Of a stretch of DNA of 64,000 bases, positions 28,418-38,069 are shown in pieces (position 1 is the first letter of the stretch; each line of letters starts with the position of its first letter). Under the pieces are notes generated by a model that saw nothing but the letters and a program-made list of their open reading frames with translations, had not been told where the DNA came from and did no database searches. Location: the NCBI GenBank assembly GCA_964622095.1, contig CAZUPP010000004.1:89243-153242 (forward strand). Reading direction: 5' to 3'. This stretch comes from an uncultured Verrucomicrobiales bacterium. Lineage in GTDB: Bacteria; Verrucomicrobiota; Verrucomicrobiia; Verrucomicrobiales; CAZUPP01. Position numbers and translations under genes: made by a program.

Positions 28418-29740
28418 ATGGCTGGAATGGGAACCTTCCGCGTCCTGCACACCGCTGACTGGCATTTAGGTCAGCGGCTCGTCAATGGCGAGCGTGACGA
28501 AGAACATGCTCTGTTCCTGGGCTGGTTGCGTGCTTTGATCCGGGACCGGGCCGTCGATGCGCTCATTGTCGCGGGTGATATTTTCGACAAGGCAAATCCT
28601 TCGAACCTGGCTTTGGAGCAGTATTACCAGTTCCTCGCGGAGGTCAGCAGTCAGTCCCGCTGCAGTGTGGTCATCACCGGGGGAAATCATGATTCTCCTC
28701 GATCCCTGGAAGCGCCCGCCGACCTCCTGCGTGCCCTGCGCATCCACGTCGTCGGCGCTCTCCCGGAGCGATTGGAAGATGCCATTCTCAGTTTGCCCTT
28801 CGCGGAGGCACCTCAACTCTGTGTCTGCGCTATCCCTTACCTGCGCGAGCAGGACGTGCGCCGGGATAGTGGGGGAGAGACAATCGAAGAGCGTGAAGGG
28901 CAGTTGCGCGAGGGCATTGCCCGCATTTACCGCCAATGTGCCGAATTGACCGTCCCGCATCGGGAGGCTGGCCGGCCCATCCTGATGATGGGGCATCTCT
29001 TTGCTCAGGGCGGCAAGCTGTCTGATGGCGAGCGCCCCATTCATATCGGCAATCTCGGTCAGGTGGACAGCGGTCAGTTGCTGGAGGGCTGCGATTATCT
29101 GGCTCTGGGCCATCTTCATCGGCCGCAGTGGCTGGATGCGCAGGGACACGTACGTTATGCGGGTTCGCCGATCCCATTGAGTTTCAGTGAGGCAGGGGAG
29201 GAGAAGAGCGCAGTCCTCCTGGAGTTCGATGCGTCGGGCACTTTGAGCGTCGAAGAGTTGCCGATTCCGGAGTTTCGCGTCCTGCGGGTCATTCGCTCTG
29301 CCCCGGAGTTTCTCCTGCCTCGGCTCGAAGGTGTGGCGCGGGAAGCCGAGGAAGCCCCCCTTAAGGAGGCGTGGGTGGCGATCGAGCTGGAGGGAGAATC
29401 GTTTGCTCCGGAGGTGGATCGTGAGGTTCAGGCGATGGCGGAGAACCTGCCCATCCGAATCATGCGGGTCAAACTGCCGACGCGTGAAGACTCGCGCGCC
29501 GGAGGCTGGTGGTTTTCCTCCCCGGATGACGGCAAGGGCGCTACTCCCCCGGCACCGGTGAGCCTGGACGAATTGAGCCCCAGGCAAGTCTTCGCCAAGC
29601 GGCTTGAGGAAGCCGGCTGGGACGCGACTTCAGATGACACCTTAGCGGTCGGACAGGCCTTCGATAAACTGCTCGATGACTACCTGACGGAGGGCCCTGA
29701 ACTGGAAGGCGCGACGGAGAAGGGAGTGCCCGCGACATGA
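28418..29740 (+). CDS. sbcD: Exonuclease SbcCD, nuclease subunit D
   Basis: Calcineurin-type motifs HTADWHLG, AGDIFD, GNHD and GH. ATG 28427 is an alternative start. There is a 4-nt ATGA overlap with sbcC. Confidence 0.9.
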   Translation: MAGMGTFRVLHTADWHLGQRLVNGERDEEHALFLGWLRALIRDRAVDALIVAGDIFDKANPSNLALEQYYQFLAEVSSQSRCSVVITGGNHDSPRSLEAPADLLRALRIHVVGALPERLEDAILSLPFAEAPQLCVCAIPYLREQDVRRDSGGETIEEREGQLREGIARIYRQCAELTVPHREAGRPILMMGHLFAQGGKLSDGERPIHIGNLGQVDSGQLLEGCDYLALGHLHRPQWLDAQGHVRYAGSPIPLSFSEAGEEKSAVLLEFDASGTLSVEELPIPEFRVLRVIRSAPEFLLPRLEGVAREAEEAPLKEAWVAIELEGESFAPEVDREVQAMAENLPIRIMRVKLPTREDSRAGGWWFSSPDDGKGATPPAPVSLDELSPRQVFAKRLEEAGWDATSDDTLAVGQAFDKLLDDYLTEGPELEGATEKGVPAT

Positions 29741-32700
29741 AGATCACCCGCATTGAATTTGAAAATCTGAATAGCCTGGCGGGCAAACACCTGATCGATT
29801 TCGAGCAGCCACCCCTCGGCGAGGCCGGGATCTTTGCCATTGTCGGCCCAACCGGCTCGGGCAAAACGACCCTCCTGGATGCCATCACGCTGGCCCTCTA
29901 TGGCCGGGCGGCCCGCTACGGGAGCGACCGTAATCCTGAGGACATCATGACCCGCCACACCGGGGAGTGTTGGGCAGAAGCCGAGTTTGAGAATGATGCC
30001 GGTCAGCGTTACCGCGCACGCTGGGAGCTCCGCCGGGCGCACAACAAAGCGGATGGCCGCCTGCAGCCCGCCCGGCGCACCTTGACCGAGGTGGCGACCG
30101 GCCAACTGCTGGGCGAAAAGATCGCGGATACCGAAGAACAGGTGCTGGCCAAGACCGGTCTCGACTATGACCAGTTCCTGCGTTCCGTCCTGCTTGCTCA
30201 AGGGCGTTTCGCCGCCTTTCTGGAAAGCAGCGAGGTGGACCGCAGCAATCTGCTGGAAAGGCTCACCGGCACCAGCATCTATGCGGGGTTGTCCATGCGT
30301 GCCTTTGAGACGGCCAAAGCCAAGAATGAGCAGATCAGCCGCCTCGAGGAACAGGCCGGAGGGATTGAAGTGCTCCAGCCGGAGGCTCGCGGGGAACTTC
30401 AGGAGTCGATCGACCGGTTGACCCAGGAAAAGACGGCCCTGGCCCAGAAACGCGCCGCGCTTGAAAAGGAGCTGCAATGGCTGCGGGATATCGCGCAGCG
30501 CGAAAACCGGTTGCAGGAACTGAAGGAAGAGGCCGCCCGGCTTAAGGGGGCTCTTGAGCAGAAGGCGAGCGACTTTCAGAGGCTCGAGCTTCACGGCAAG
30601 GCTGCCGCTTGTCGGCATGAAGTCATCCAGTTCCGGCATCTTCGCAAGACCGCCCAGAGGCTGGATGAGGAACGAGCCGTCTGTGAGAGGGGCCTGGAAG
30701 AAATCAGGATCACTCTGGAGAGGGCGGCAGGGGACGCTGATGCAGCTACAAAAGGCGCCGAAGCTGCGCGGGAACACTATCAGAAACAGCAACCTGTCCT
30801 GCAAAGGGTGCGCCTGCTCGATCAGCGCCTGGAAGAGAGTCAGCCGCTCCTTACCACGGCGAGGGAGAAACGAGACAGCCTGTCCCGGGAAGAGGAGGCA
30901 CTAACCCATGCCATGACGGCTGCGAAAGCGGCCCGCGAGAAAATCGAAGGGGAGGTCCACGCCCGAAACGAGCAGCTCGAACAGGCGGCATGGCTGAAGG
31001 AGGTCGCTCTACGACTGCCCAGGCTGCAGGAAATCTGCCAGAACCTCGCCGGCCATCAGGAGCGGGAGGCGTTGCTGGAAGAGAGACGAAAATCCCTCGA
31101 AAATCGGCTGGTTCAGGAACGCCGTGAGCTTGAAGAGCACAGCAAGAAGATCGGAGAAGCCCGGGCCAGCCTGTCCAAGTTCGTAGCAGAGCAAGCGGCC
31201 AGAGAATCAGAGATTCAACGCTTGCTTGGTGGACACAGCGAGGAATCAGCCCGCGAGCAATGGGACGTTGTTTCCGGGAAGCTGCACGAGATCGAGGCCG
31301 CCAAAGCCGCGGAAAAAGAATGCCGGGCGGCCCGCGCCTCTGCTCAGGAGCTGAGGGAGGAGCAGGCTGCCACGGCGGAGAAAGAACGCGCGCAGAAAGA
31401 GGCGCTCAAAGAAGCCGAGCTGAGCCAAATCAGCCTGAAAGAGAGAATTGGGGATTTGGAACGCCTCATCGTTTCTCAGCGGCACGTTGCTTTTCTGACG
31501 GATTACCGGCGCAAGCTTGAACCGGGCAAGGCCTGTCCGCTCTGCGGTTCGACCGAGCATCCGCAGGCCGATGAGCTGCCTTTGGAGACGGAGCCGTCTG
31601 CCGATGAACGGCGGCTTCAGGAACGAAGAGTCGAGCTGGAAAAGCTGGAAGGGAAAGTTGCCGACCTGAAGGAATCCCTTGCCAGCATGCGGGTGTCGGT
31701 CCGTTATCTGGAGCAGCGGGCGGCTGAAAAGCAGAGGGAGGCAGAGACGAAACTGGCTCTCAGAATGGACCATCTGCGCAAAGCCTCGCTGGCGGAGGAC
31801 GCGGACCTCGACACGACTCTGACCAGTCTTGGCAGGCAAAAGGCGGACTGGCAGGAAAAGCTTCGGCAGATAGCAGGGTTGCGGCAGGAAATCGGTGAAC
31901 GCGAGAGCAGGCGCACTTTGGCCGAGACCCAGCTGCGACAGCTTCAGGAAGAGCAAACACGCCGGGAAACCAGGCTGGAGGAGGGTTCTGCTCAGGAAAA
32001 GGAGTTAATCGCTGACCTCAAGAAAGTGAGCGAGGATGGCGCCGCGGAGAGGCGGACTCTTGAAGCAGCGGCCGCGGACAAGGCCTGGATTGCTCTACCT
32101 CCGCCGGAGGACCGTGCGGAAAAAGCGTGGCTGGAAGAACTTCGGCAGCGCGTGACAGATTTCGACCGGCAAAGGGAAGATCAGGCAAAGCGCCGGGGTG
32201 ATCTGGAGAAAGCGCGGCAGGAAGAAGAGAGCGCGCAGCAAAGGCTGGCAGCGGTTCGGCAGAGTTTGACGGAAGCCAACGGGGAACTGGCATCCCGGCA
32301 GGAGAACCATGAAGTCACCCTGTGTGAACGCCGGGAGCTCCTGGGCGACGAGGCAGTGGAGGAAAGGGAAGCCCTTGCGCGGGAAGCCGTCGAGCAAAGC
32401 GCCCTACGGTTGGAACAGGCACGCGCCAAACTTGACTCGCAACGGAATCGCCAGACCCGCCTCAGTGAACAGCAACGCATGCTGACCGGCCGCGTTACCG
32501 AACATGCAGAAATGCTCCGCGCGGCGCAGGGTGCATTGGGAGAGACCTTGCGGGAGGCTGGTTTTGCCGATGAATCCGCCTGGGAAGAGGCTCTCCTGGA
32601 GGCCGATGAAGCCGGCGCTCTGCAAGCGGAGAAAAATCAGCTGGAGCACCGCACGGCACGTAACACCACCTTATATACGGAGACCGAGCGGGAACTTTTG

Positions 32701-33399
32701 GCCCTCCGGGAAGCTCCCCTCTCTTCGAGGCCGCTGAGCGAAGTCGAAGCGGAGCGGGAGGAGCTGGATGCGCGCGGTGAGGCTTGTGTCGAGAATCTCG
32801 CGCAGGTTCAGGCCCGGTTGAAGCACGATGAGGAACAGCGTGCCCGGCATGCCACACTCATCCAGAAAATCGAGCAGGCGCGCCAGGAAGCCGTTCCCTG
32901 GCGGCACCTCGACGAACTCATCGGCTCCGCCAGCGGCGCGAAGTTCCAGAAATTCGCCCAAAGCCTGACCCTCGCTCGGCTCGCAGGCCTCGCGAATATC
33001 CATCTGCGCACCTTCACCGATCGCTATTCTCTGCGCAAAATTACCGGAGCTGAACTCAATCTGGAGGTCACCGATCACTATCAGGCTGATGCCACCCGGC
33101 CCATGCGCAGCCTTTCCGGGGGGGAAAGTTTTCTCATCAGCCTTTCCCTTGCTCTGGGCCTGTCGGAATTGGCAGGGCAGCGAACGCAGATTGAATCACT
33201 TTTCGTTGATGAAGGCTTTGGCTCTCTCGACGAAGAAACGCTCGAGACCGCGCTTTCCGCCCTGGACAATCTGCGCGCAAGAGGGCGCACGGTCGGGATC
33301 ATTTCGCACGTTGGCGCTCTGGAAGAACGCATTGCCGCGCGCATCATTCTTAAGCGCGGCAATGGCGGGCACAGCACCATCGAGGTGGTGGGATCCTGA
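29737..33399 (+). CDS. sbcC: Exonuclease SbcCD, ATPase subunit C (Rad50-like)
   Basis: Walker A GPTGSGKTT, a very long coiled coil with zinc hook CPLCGS, signature LSGGESF and Walker B LFVDEGFGSLD. The many antisense ORFs are judged spurious. Confidence 0.9.
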   Translation: MKITRIEFENLNSLAGKHLIDFEQPPLGEAGIFAIVGPTGSGKTTLLDAITLALYGRAARYGSDRNPEDIMTRHTGECWAEAEFENDAGQRYRARWELRRAHNKADGRLQPARRTLTEVATGQLLGEKIADTEEQVLAKTGLDYDQFLRSVLLAQGRFAAFLESSEVDRSNLLERLTGTSIYAGLSMRAFETAKAKNEQISRLEEQAGGIEVLQPEARGELQESIDRLTQEKTALAQKRAALEKELQWLRDIAQRENRLQELKEEAARLKGALEQKASDFQRLELHGKAAACRHEVIQFRHLRKTAQRLDEERAVCERGLEEIRITLERAAGDADAATKGAEAAREHYQKQQPVLQRVRLLDQRLEESQPLLTTAREKRDSLSREEEALTHAMTAAKAAREKIEGEVHARNEQLEQAAWLKEVALRLPRLQEICQNLAGHQEREALLEERRKSLENRLVQERRELEEHSKKIGEARASLSKFVAEQAARESEIQRLLGGHSEESAREQWDVVSGKLHEIEAAKAAEKECRAARASAQELREEQAATAEKERAQKEALKEAELSQISLKERIGDLERLIVSQRHVAFLTDYRRKLEPGKACPLCGSTEHPQADELPLETEPSADERRLQERRVELEKLEGKVADLKESLASMRVSVRYLEQRAAEKQREAETKLALRMDHLRKASLAEDADLDTTLTSLGRQKADWQEKLRQIAGLRQEIGERESRRTLAETQLRQLQEEQTRRETRLEEGSAQEKELIADLKKVSEDGAAERRTLEAAAADKAWIALPPPEDRAEKAWLEELRQRVTDFDRQREDQAKRRGDLEKARQEEESAQQRLAAVRQSLTEANGELASRQENHEVTLCERRELLGDEAVEEREALAREAVEQSALRLEQARAKLDSQRNRQTRLSEQQRMLTGRVTEHAEMLRAAQGALGETLREAGFADESAWEEALLEADEAGALQAEKNQLEHRTARNTTLYTETERELLALREAPLSSRPLSEVEAEREELDARGEACVENLAQVQARLKHDEEQRARHATLIQKIEQARQEAVPWRHLDELIGSASGAKFQKFAQSLTLARLAGLANIHLRTFTDRYSLRKITGAELNLEVTDHYQADATRPMRSLSGGESFLISLSLALGLSELAGQRTQIESLFVDEGFGSLDEETLETALSALDNLRARGRTVGIISHVGALEERIAARIILKRGNGGHSTIEVVGS

Positions 33400-33570
33400 G
33401 AAGGTTGAAAGGGGGGAGGGGAGGACCAGCCGCCCCAGCAATCTGAGAATCAGGGAGGAAGGAGGGGATGAATGGAGAGCTGGGAAAGCGAAGAAAAAAG
33501 AGGTGAAGAGAGATTGACAAAAGGACACGGGGCCTTAGACTACGTAGTCAACAGGGCTCGCTTCCCTAAC

Positions 33571-33595
33571 CCGGCGCCAGCCGGTTTTTGGTTTT
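33571..33595 (+). terminator. Intrinsic-terminator candidate
   Basis: CCGGC-GCCA-GCCGG forms a 5-bp GC stem followed by TTTTTGGTTTT. It lies ~170 nt after the sbcC stop and ~70 nt before the next ATG. Confidence 0.4.
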
Positions 33596-33665
33596 CCTGT
33601 CAATCATTCTCCTATAATCCATCTCCAGCGTCGCCTCCCGGCGGTTGCCATCTTCCTCCCCGCAC

Positions 33666-34511
33666 ATGAAAACACACATGAAAACACAATTCCCACACCT
33701 TATCCTGGCGGTCCTGCTGCTGGCCGTCCTCACCAGCCCCCTTTCGAGTCCGGCTCAGATTATCATTGATAACTTCGCTTCGGGTTCGATCAGCGACTTC
33801 GGTTCGACTGTGACCTTTGATACCAGCAGCAGCGCCAACTATCTTGTCTTTGCGGCGGGCGTTGATTTTTCCAATCCGCAGGTCACCGGTGTTACATACA
33901 ACAGCGCGCCACTGACGTCTCTGGGAACGGTCAGCGCCGATGCCGGTGGGTTTAACCAGCGGGTCTACTTCTACGGACTGGCACTGAGCGCGCCGAACAT
34001 CGGCACGGGCCTGGAGTTGGACATCACCAGCGTGAACGTCTCACCTGAGAGCGGTTACGGCGTCTGGGCATTGTCCAATGTCGATACCAGTGTAGCTCCA
34101 CAATTTTTTTCCAGCACCGCCAGCTCTAGCTCCACCAGCCTGGACCTTTCGGTAAACGGATTGAGTGCCAATGCGTTCGTCCTTTCTGCGATCGCAACCA
34201 ATACCAACGCGGGGGGAGGTAATTCGATCGATAACCTGACAGCAAGTTTAACTGCCTTTCCGGCCGGCTCGGGAGCCAGCTTCTCCGTGGACGGGCGAGG
34301 AGGGGTCCTGAACGGTGCTCCCAGCGGCTTCGGGAGTTTCGAAGCGGATCTGGCAGGGGATTACACCATCGGGTGGACTTATGACACGAGCAGCCGCACG
34401 GCTTTGGGGGCGCTGGCCTTTACCCCTGTGCCAGAGCCTCAATCCGCGGGAATCCTGGTCCTGTGCGCGGTTGCCGTGCTGACCCTCCGCCGGCGTCAAC
34501 GGCGCGTTTAG
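33666..34511 (+). CDS. PEP-CTERM sorting-domain secreted protein
   Basis: Signal peptide. The C-terminus PVPEPQSAGILVLCAVAVLTLRRRQRRV shows VPEP + TM + Arg cluster. The start is either of two ATGs (33666 or 33678) created by a 12-bp duplication. Confidence 0.8.
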   Translation: MKTHMKTQFPHLILAVLLLAVLTSPLSSPAQIIIDNFASGSISDFGSTVTFDTSSSANYLVFAAGVDFSNPQVTGVTYNSAPLTSLGTVSADAGGFNQRVYFYGLALSAPNIGTGLELDITSVNVSPESGYGVWALSNVDTSVAPQFFSSTASSSSTSLDLSVNGLSANAFVLSAIATNTNAGGGNSIDNLTASLTAFPAGSGASFSVDGRGGVLNGAPSGFGSFEADLAGDYTIGWTYDTSSRTALGALAFTPVPEPQSAGILVLCAVAVLTLRRRQRRV

Positions 34512-34531
34512 CGCACCATCGATACACGCCT

Positions 34532-35938
34532 TTATTGTCCCCCAAACATGCTGCCGCTGCCGGTGTTCGAAGTGATCGGCGGGGTAGGGGGAATGTTCTT
34601 GCGGCGTTCGTTGAGTTCTTTGAGCTCAAGCACGATTTCCAGACAGGCGAGCAGGATCAGCGTGATGGAAATGCCGGCGATCATCTGCAGGGAAAGAAAA
34701 CTGGCCAGAACATAGCCCAGGGGAAAAGCGAACATCCCGCGCACGCCGGTGAGCAGGGTATTCACGCTCATATAGTCACCCACTTTATCAGGCGGGGCGA
34801 CCTTAGTGACCCACAGATTCCAGGCAACCTCGCCGCCCGCCATCGTAGTGCCGATAATGATGACTCCAATGAGAATGACGGTAAAGTGCGGGGTTGCGAA
34901 GAAAATCGCCAGCCCCGACGCAGACATCAGGTTCAGAATCAACCGCAGGACGAAGAAATTCATTCTATCAAATAGAATTCCCCACAGTCGGCTGAAGAGA
35001 AATCGTGCCACTCCTGGGATGACTACGGTGAGAAACATGATTCGTTCTTCCGTGAAATTCAGGCCGTATTTCTCATTGGCCACATATTCCACCCGCTGCG
35101 GCACCACCATCATAAAGCCAATGCCGAGCAGCATTTGCGCGATGATCACGCGGCGAAAGGTTTTGTCGCTCTTGAGGTATTTGAAGGCGTCAAAAGGTTT
35201 CGCCTCCGGAACGCGCGCCTTGCTTTCGGCTGGATAGTTTGAAATGCAGAAACTGTTTCCCAGTTGCGCGAAAATATAAATGAACAGAATCCAGAGATAA
35301 TTGCCGAGGTCCAGCTCCAGCAGCCGTCCCGCAGCGATTCCAAAAATGGAGGCAACCGCGATGCGGATGAGCGCGGCGCCTGTGAATAGTTTCCCGCGTT
35401 CCGAGGAAGGATAGTTATTCTGATAAAGCTGAGTGAGAAGGGGAACGATGACCGTGGTGCTCGCAATAAAGATAAGGGACACCGGGACATAGACCGCGAC
35501 CTGCCAGTCCTGCAGGCCGGCACTGGTCTCCATCAGGGCGATCGCCAGGACGCCCACGAGGAAAAAGATTCCACCTGCCAGGATGGCGCCTGCGGCCGTC
35601 CGGCTCAGGCGCAGCCCGCGGCGGGCGGCCAGATTCAACAAGAACGGGCTGGCCAGCATGCCCAGAGGCATGCCCAGAGCAAGGATTGCCTTGAAACTGC
35701 TGTCCGCCTGGAAAACGCGAATGGCAATGAGCAAAAGCACCGACTGAAAGCTCGTCTCCAGGATCCCCATGCAAAAAGCCCTTCCGCGATCCCAGAAATA
35801 GGTCGTATTGCGGATGGCCCGGGCGCGTGCCTCAGATTCAGCCGGTATCGGCTGCGCAGCGGGGTCAGTAGGAGCCTCCACCGGCTTGTTGCCGGCAGGA
35901 GCGGAATCGTCCGGAGGCCGGACGGGATGGGAAGACAT
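34532..35938 (-). CDS. MFS-type transporter
   Basis: About 12 predicted TM helices and a disordered Pro/Ala N-terminus. It is the last gene of the co-directional amt cluster. Substrate unknown. Confidence 0.6.
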   Translation of the reverse strand: MSSHPVRPPDDSAPAGNKPVEAPTDPAAQPIPAESEARARAIRNTTYFWDRGRAFCMGILETSFQSVLLLIAIRVFQADSSFKAILALGMPLGMLASPFLLNLAARRGLRLSRTAAGAILAGGIFFLVGVLAIALMETSAGLQDWQVAVYVPVSLIFIASTTVIVPLLTQLYQNNYPSSERGKLFTGAALIRIAVASIFGIAAGRLLELDLGNYLWILFIYIFAQLGNSFCISNYPAESKARVPEAKPFDAFKYLKSDKTFRRVIIAQMLLGIGFMMVVPQRVEYVANEKYGLNFTEERIMFLTVVIPGVARFLFSRLWGILFDRMNFFVLRLILNLMSASGLAIFFATPHFTVILIGVIIIGTTMAGGEVAWNLWVTKVAPPDKVGDYMSVNTLLTGVRGMFAFPLGYVLASFLSLQMIAGISITLILLACLEIVLELKELNERRKNIPPTPPITSNTGSGSMFGGQ

Positions 35939-35986
35939 TATTGGCAGTATCGGCAGACACGGACCGGGCGCAAGCCGAGAACCACT

Positions 35987-37366
35987 TTAGAGGGATTGCT
36001 CACTGGTGACGAAGTCAGGGTAGGCTGTGGCGGAATGTTCATGAAAATCGAGGCCCTCCTTTTGCTCATCATCGCCCATGCGCAGACCCATGGTCAGGCG
36101 CAGCAAAAAGAACATGAGCAGACTGAGCACGAAAACAAATGCCACGCAGGAGAGCGTGCCGAGGATCTGCCAGGTCACGGTGGTGCCACTTTCCCGATCA
36201 AGATGCGGGGCAAAGGCCACCGCGATGGTGCCCCAAACCCCGGCGAAAAGATGCACCGGCACCGCCCCTACCACGTCATCCAGGCGGAGTTTCTCCAAAA
36301 GCACGGTGCCCAGGAAGCAGACCACTCCACCGACCCCGCCAACCAGCAGGGCGTAGGCCGGTGATGCGACGTCACACCCAGCGGTGATGGCAACAAGGCC
36401 GGCCAGGGCCCCATTCAGCGAGGCGGTGATGTCGGGACGGCCCATCATCATCCAGCAAGTCAGGGTGGCAGCCATCGCGCCGGCCGCGGCCGCAATATGG
36501 GTATTCACCGCGATGATCCCGATGAGCACAGTGCCTTCCGTCGTTGAGCCGGCATTAAAACCAAACCAGGCAAACCAGAGAATGAAGGTGCCCAGGGCGG
36601 CCATGGGGATATTGTGTCCCACGATCAGGCGCGGTTTGCCGTCTTTTCCGTAGCGGCCGCTTCTGGCGCCCACCACGATAATGCCGGCCAAGGCACAGGC
36701 CCCGCCCGTGGCATGGACCACGGTGGAACCGGCGAAATCATGGAAAGCGTACAGATTGCCCAGCCAGCCACCATCACTCCAGCACCAGTGCCCGACGACC
36801 GGATAAATAAATGCGCACACCACGAACGAACCAATGAGGTAGGCATGGAAGCGGGTTCTCTCTGCCATGGCACCGGAAACAATGGTCACCGCGGTGGTCG
36901 CAAAAACGACCTGAAACATCCAGATTCTCCAGATATCAGAATCGACGGGCTCATTATTAAGATCGCCTTCGGTAAATCCAAAAAGGCCGAAATGGTCCAT
37001 CCCGAAAAGGCCAAATCCTCCCAGTTGCAGGCTGGAACCAAACATCAGACCGAAGCCGACGAAGAAAAAGGCGAGGGTGCCGACGGAGCAATCAAGGAAA
37101 TTCTTCATGATCACGTTAATCGTGTTTTTCGCACGCGAAAAACCCAATTCCAGAAGCATGAATCCGGCCTGCATAATAAAGACCAGGATGGCCGCCGCCA
37201 GCGTCCACACGACATTGAGATTATACTGAACACCTTCTGCCGTGATCTCTGGTGCATTTGCCTGGGCAAAGCCCGGTGCCACGCCCAGCAGCAGGATGAG
37301 CATTGTGATGATTCCACTCCACGCCCGGGCTGGCCGGGTGAATTGATTCCGTGTTGTCCCCCTCAT
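35987..37366 (-). CDS. amt: Ammonium transporter (Amt family)
   Basis: Signal peptide then canonical Amt helices (LVFIMQAGFMLLELG, DFAGSTVVHATGG, FGFNAGS). ATG 37366 is preferred over TTG 37372. Confidence 0.9.
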   Translation of the reverse strand: MRGTTRNQFTRPARAWSGIITMLILLLGVAPGFAQANAPEITAEGVQYNLNVVWTLAAAILVFIMQAGFMLLELGFSRAKNTINVIMKNFLDCSVGTLAFFFVGFGLMFGSSLQLGGFGLFGMDHFGLFGFTEGDLNNEPVDSDIWRIWMFQVVFATTAVTIVSGAMAERTRFHAYLIGSFVVCAFIYPVVGHWCWSDGGWLGNLYAFHDFAGSTVVHATGGACALAGIIVVGARSGRYGKDGKPRLIVGHNIPMAALGTFILWFAWFGFNAGSTTEGTVLIGIIAVNTHIAAAAGAMAATLTCWMMMGRPDITASLNGALAGLVAITAGCDVASPAYALLVGGVGGVVCFLGTVLLEKLRLDDVVGAVPVHLFAGVWGTIAVAFAPHLDRESGTTVTWQILGTLSCVAFVFVLSLLMFFLLRLTMGLRMGDDEQKEGLDFHEHSATAYPDFVTSEQSL

Positions 37367-37404
37367 TCCCAATTTCGCTATCGATTTCTTCTTTAAAGCG
37401 GAAG

Positions 37405-38043
37405 CTAATTTTCCGGCCGCTTGGAAATTGCATCCAATTCCGCCATGAGCGCCCGCTGCCGCCCGGAGTTGGGCACTTCTTTTAAGATCAGTTCACCGAT
37501 CTCACGGTAGCGCTCCTGGGAGATCATGTAGGCACCCTGCCCATTTTCCCGCGCCACGACCCGATTGATCAAAGTATCCGCCTGCGGACCGCTCAGCACC
37601 TTCCCAAGCAGCTTACGCAGGCGCTCCACGTAGCGGTCCCAGTTCTGCTGGGCGCTTTCCCGGGCCCGTTGACGTGACCGTTCCTCGGCATTGTAGGTGC
37701 GGATCATGCCATAGTTATCCCGCAAAAAATCATCGGCCCGCGACCGGGCGTTTCCGAGATCCGCAGTCTCGGAGAGCAGCATAAAAAGGCGCGCGATATG
37801 GTGCGTCATAAACAGAATGCTCCCCGAACTAAACTCAAAAAGAACTTCCCTCGGATGACGGTCCACGGAAGTCATCCCGGACATGAAATGAGACATGACC
37901 AGAGTGAGCGAATCCACTTCGCCGCCCTGATAAATCCCGCCCAAGTCATGGAGCAACACTTCATCACCGCGGAAAAGGGCAAGACCGTCCACTCCACTTG
38001 CGTTGATCAGATCCTGAAAAGTCGATTCCAACGGGTGCGCCAT
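37405..38043 (-). CDS. Hypothetical: Roadblock/LC7(MglB)-like N-domain plus helical Arg/Glu-rich C-domain
   Basis: FQDLINASGVDGLALFRGDEVLLHD ... SLTLVMSHFMSG ... EVLFEFSSGSILFMTHHIARLFMLLSETADLGNAR fits the alpha-beta-beta-alpha-beta-beta-alpha Roadblock pattern by eye. Not verified by HMM. Confidence 0.45.
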   Translation of the reverse strand: MAHPLESTFQDLINASGVDGLALFRGDEVLLHDLGGIYQGGEVDSLTLVMSHFMSGMTSVDRHPREVLFEFSSGSILFMTHHIARLFMLLSETADLGNARSRADDFLRDNYGMIRTYNAEERSRQRARESAQQNWDRYVERLRKLLGKVLSGPQADTLINRVVARENGQGAYMISQERYREIGELILKEVPNSGRQRALMAELDAISKRPEN

Positions 38044-38069
38044 AGAATAGGAATTTACAAATGAACGGT

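Noticed and set aside
28466-30804. Minus-strand ORFs 28466-29587 (373 aa) and 29680-30804 (374 aa) antisense to sbcD/sbcC
   Set aside because: They have no motifs and skewed composition. The plus strand carries canonical SbcD/SbcC motifs throughout.
28418-33399. sbcDC considered as a possible SMC/ATPase-nuclease defence system (Lamassu/Wadjet/Gabija-like)
   Set aside because: The architecture is canonical housekeeping SbcCD: a calcineurin-type nuclease plus a Rad50-like ATPase with a CxxC zinc hook and a 4-nt coupled overlap. No extra effector genes or mobile-element context are present.
36614-37396. 260-aa plus-strand ORF antisense to amt. Similar antisense ORFs occur at 4064-5020 (uxaE), 48809-49768 (Gfo/Idh/MocA), 60828-61622 and 62469-63449 (DUF1592), and 42997-43752 (coiled-coil pair).
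   Set aside because: In each case the opposite strand has a recognisable family signature, or signal peptide plus paralogy for the coiled-coil pair. The antisense product is R/G/H-rich with no motifs.
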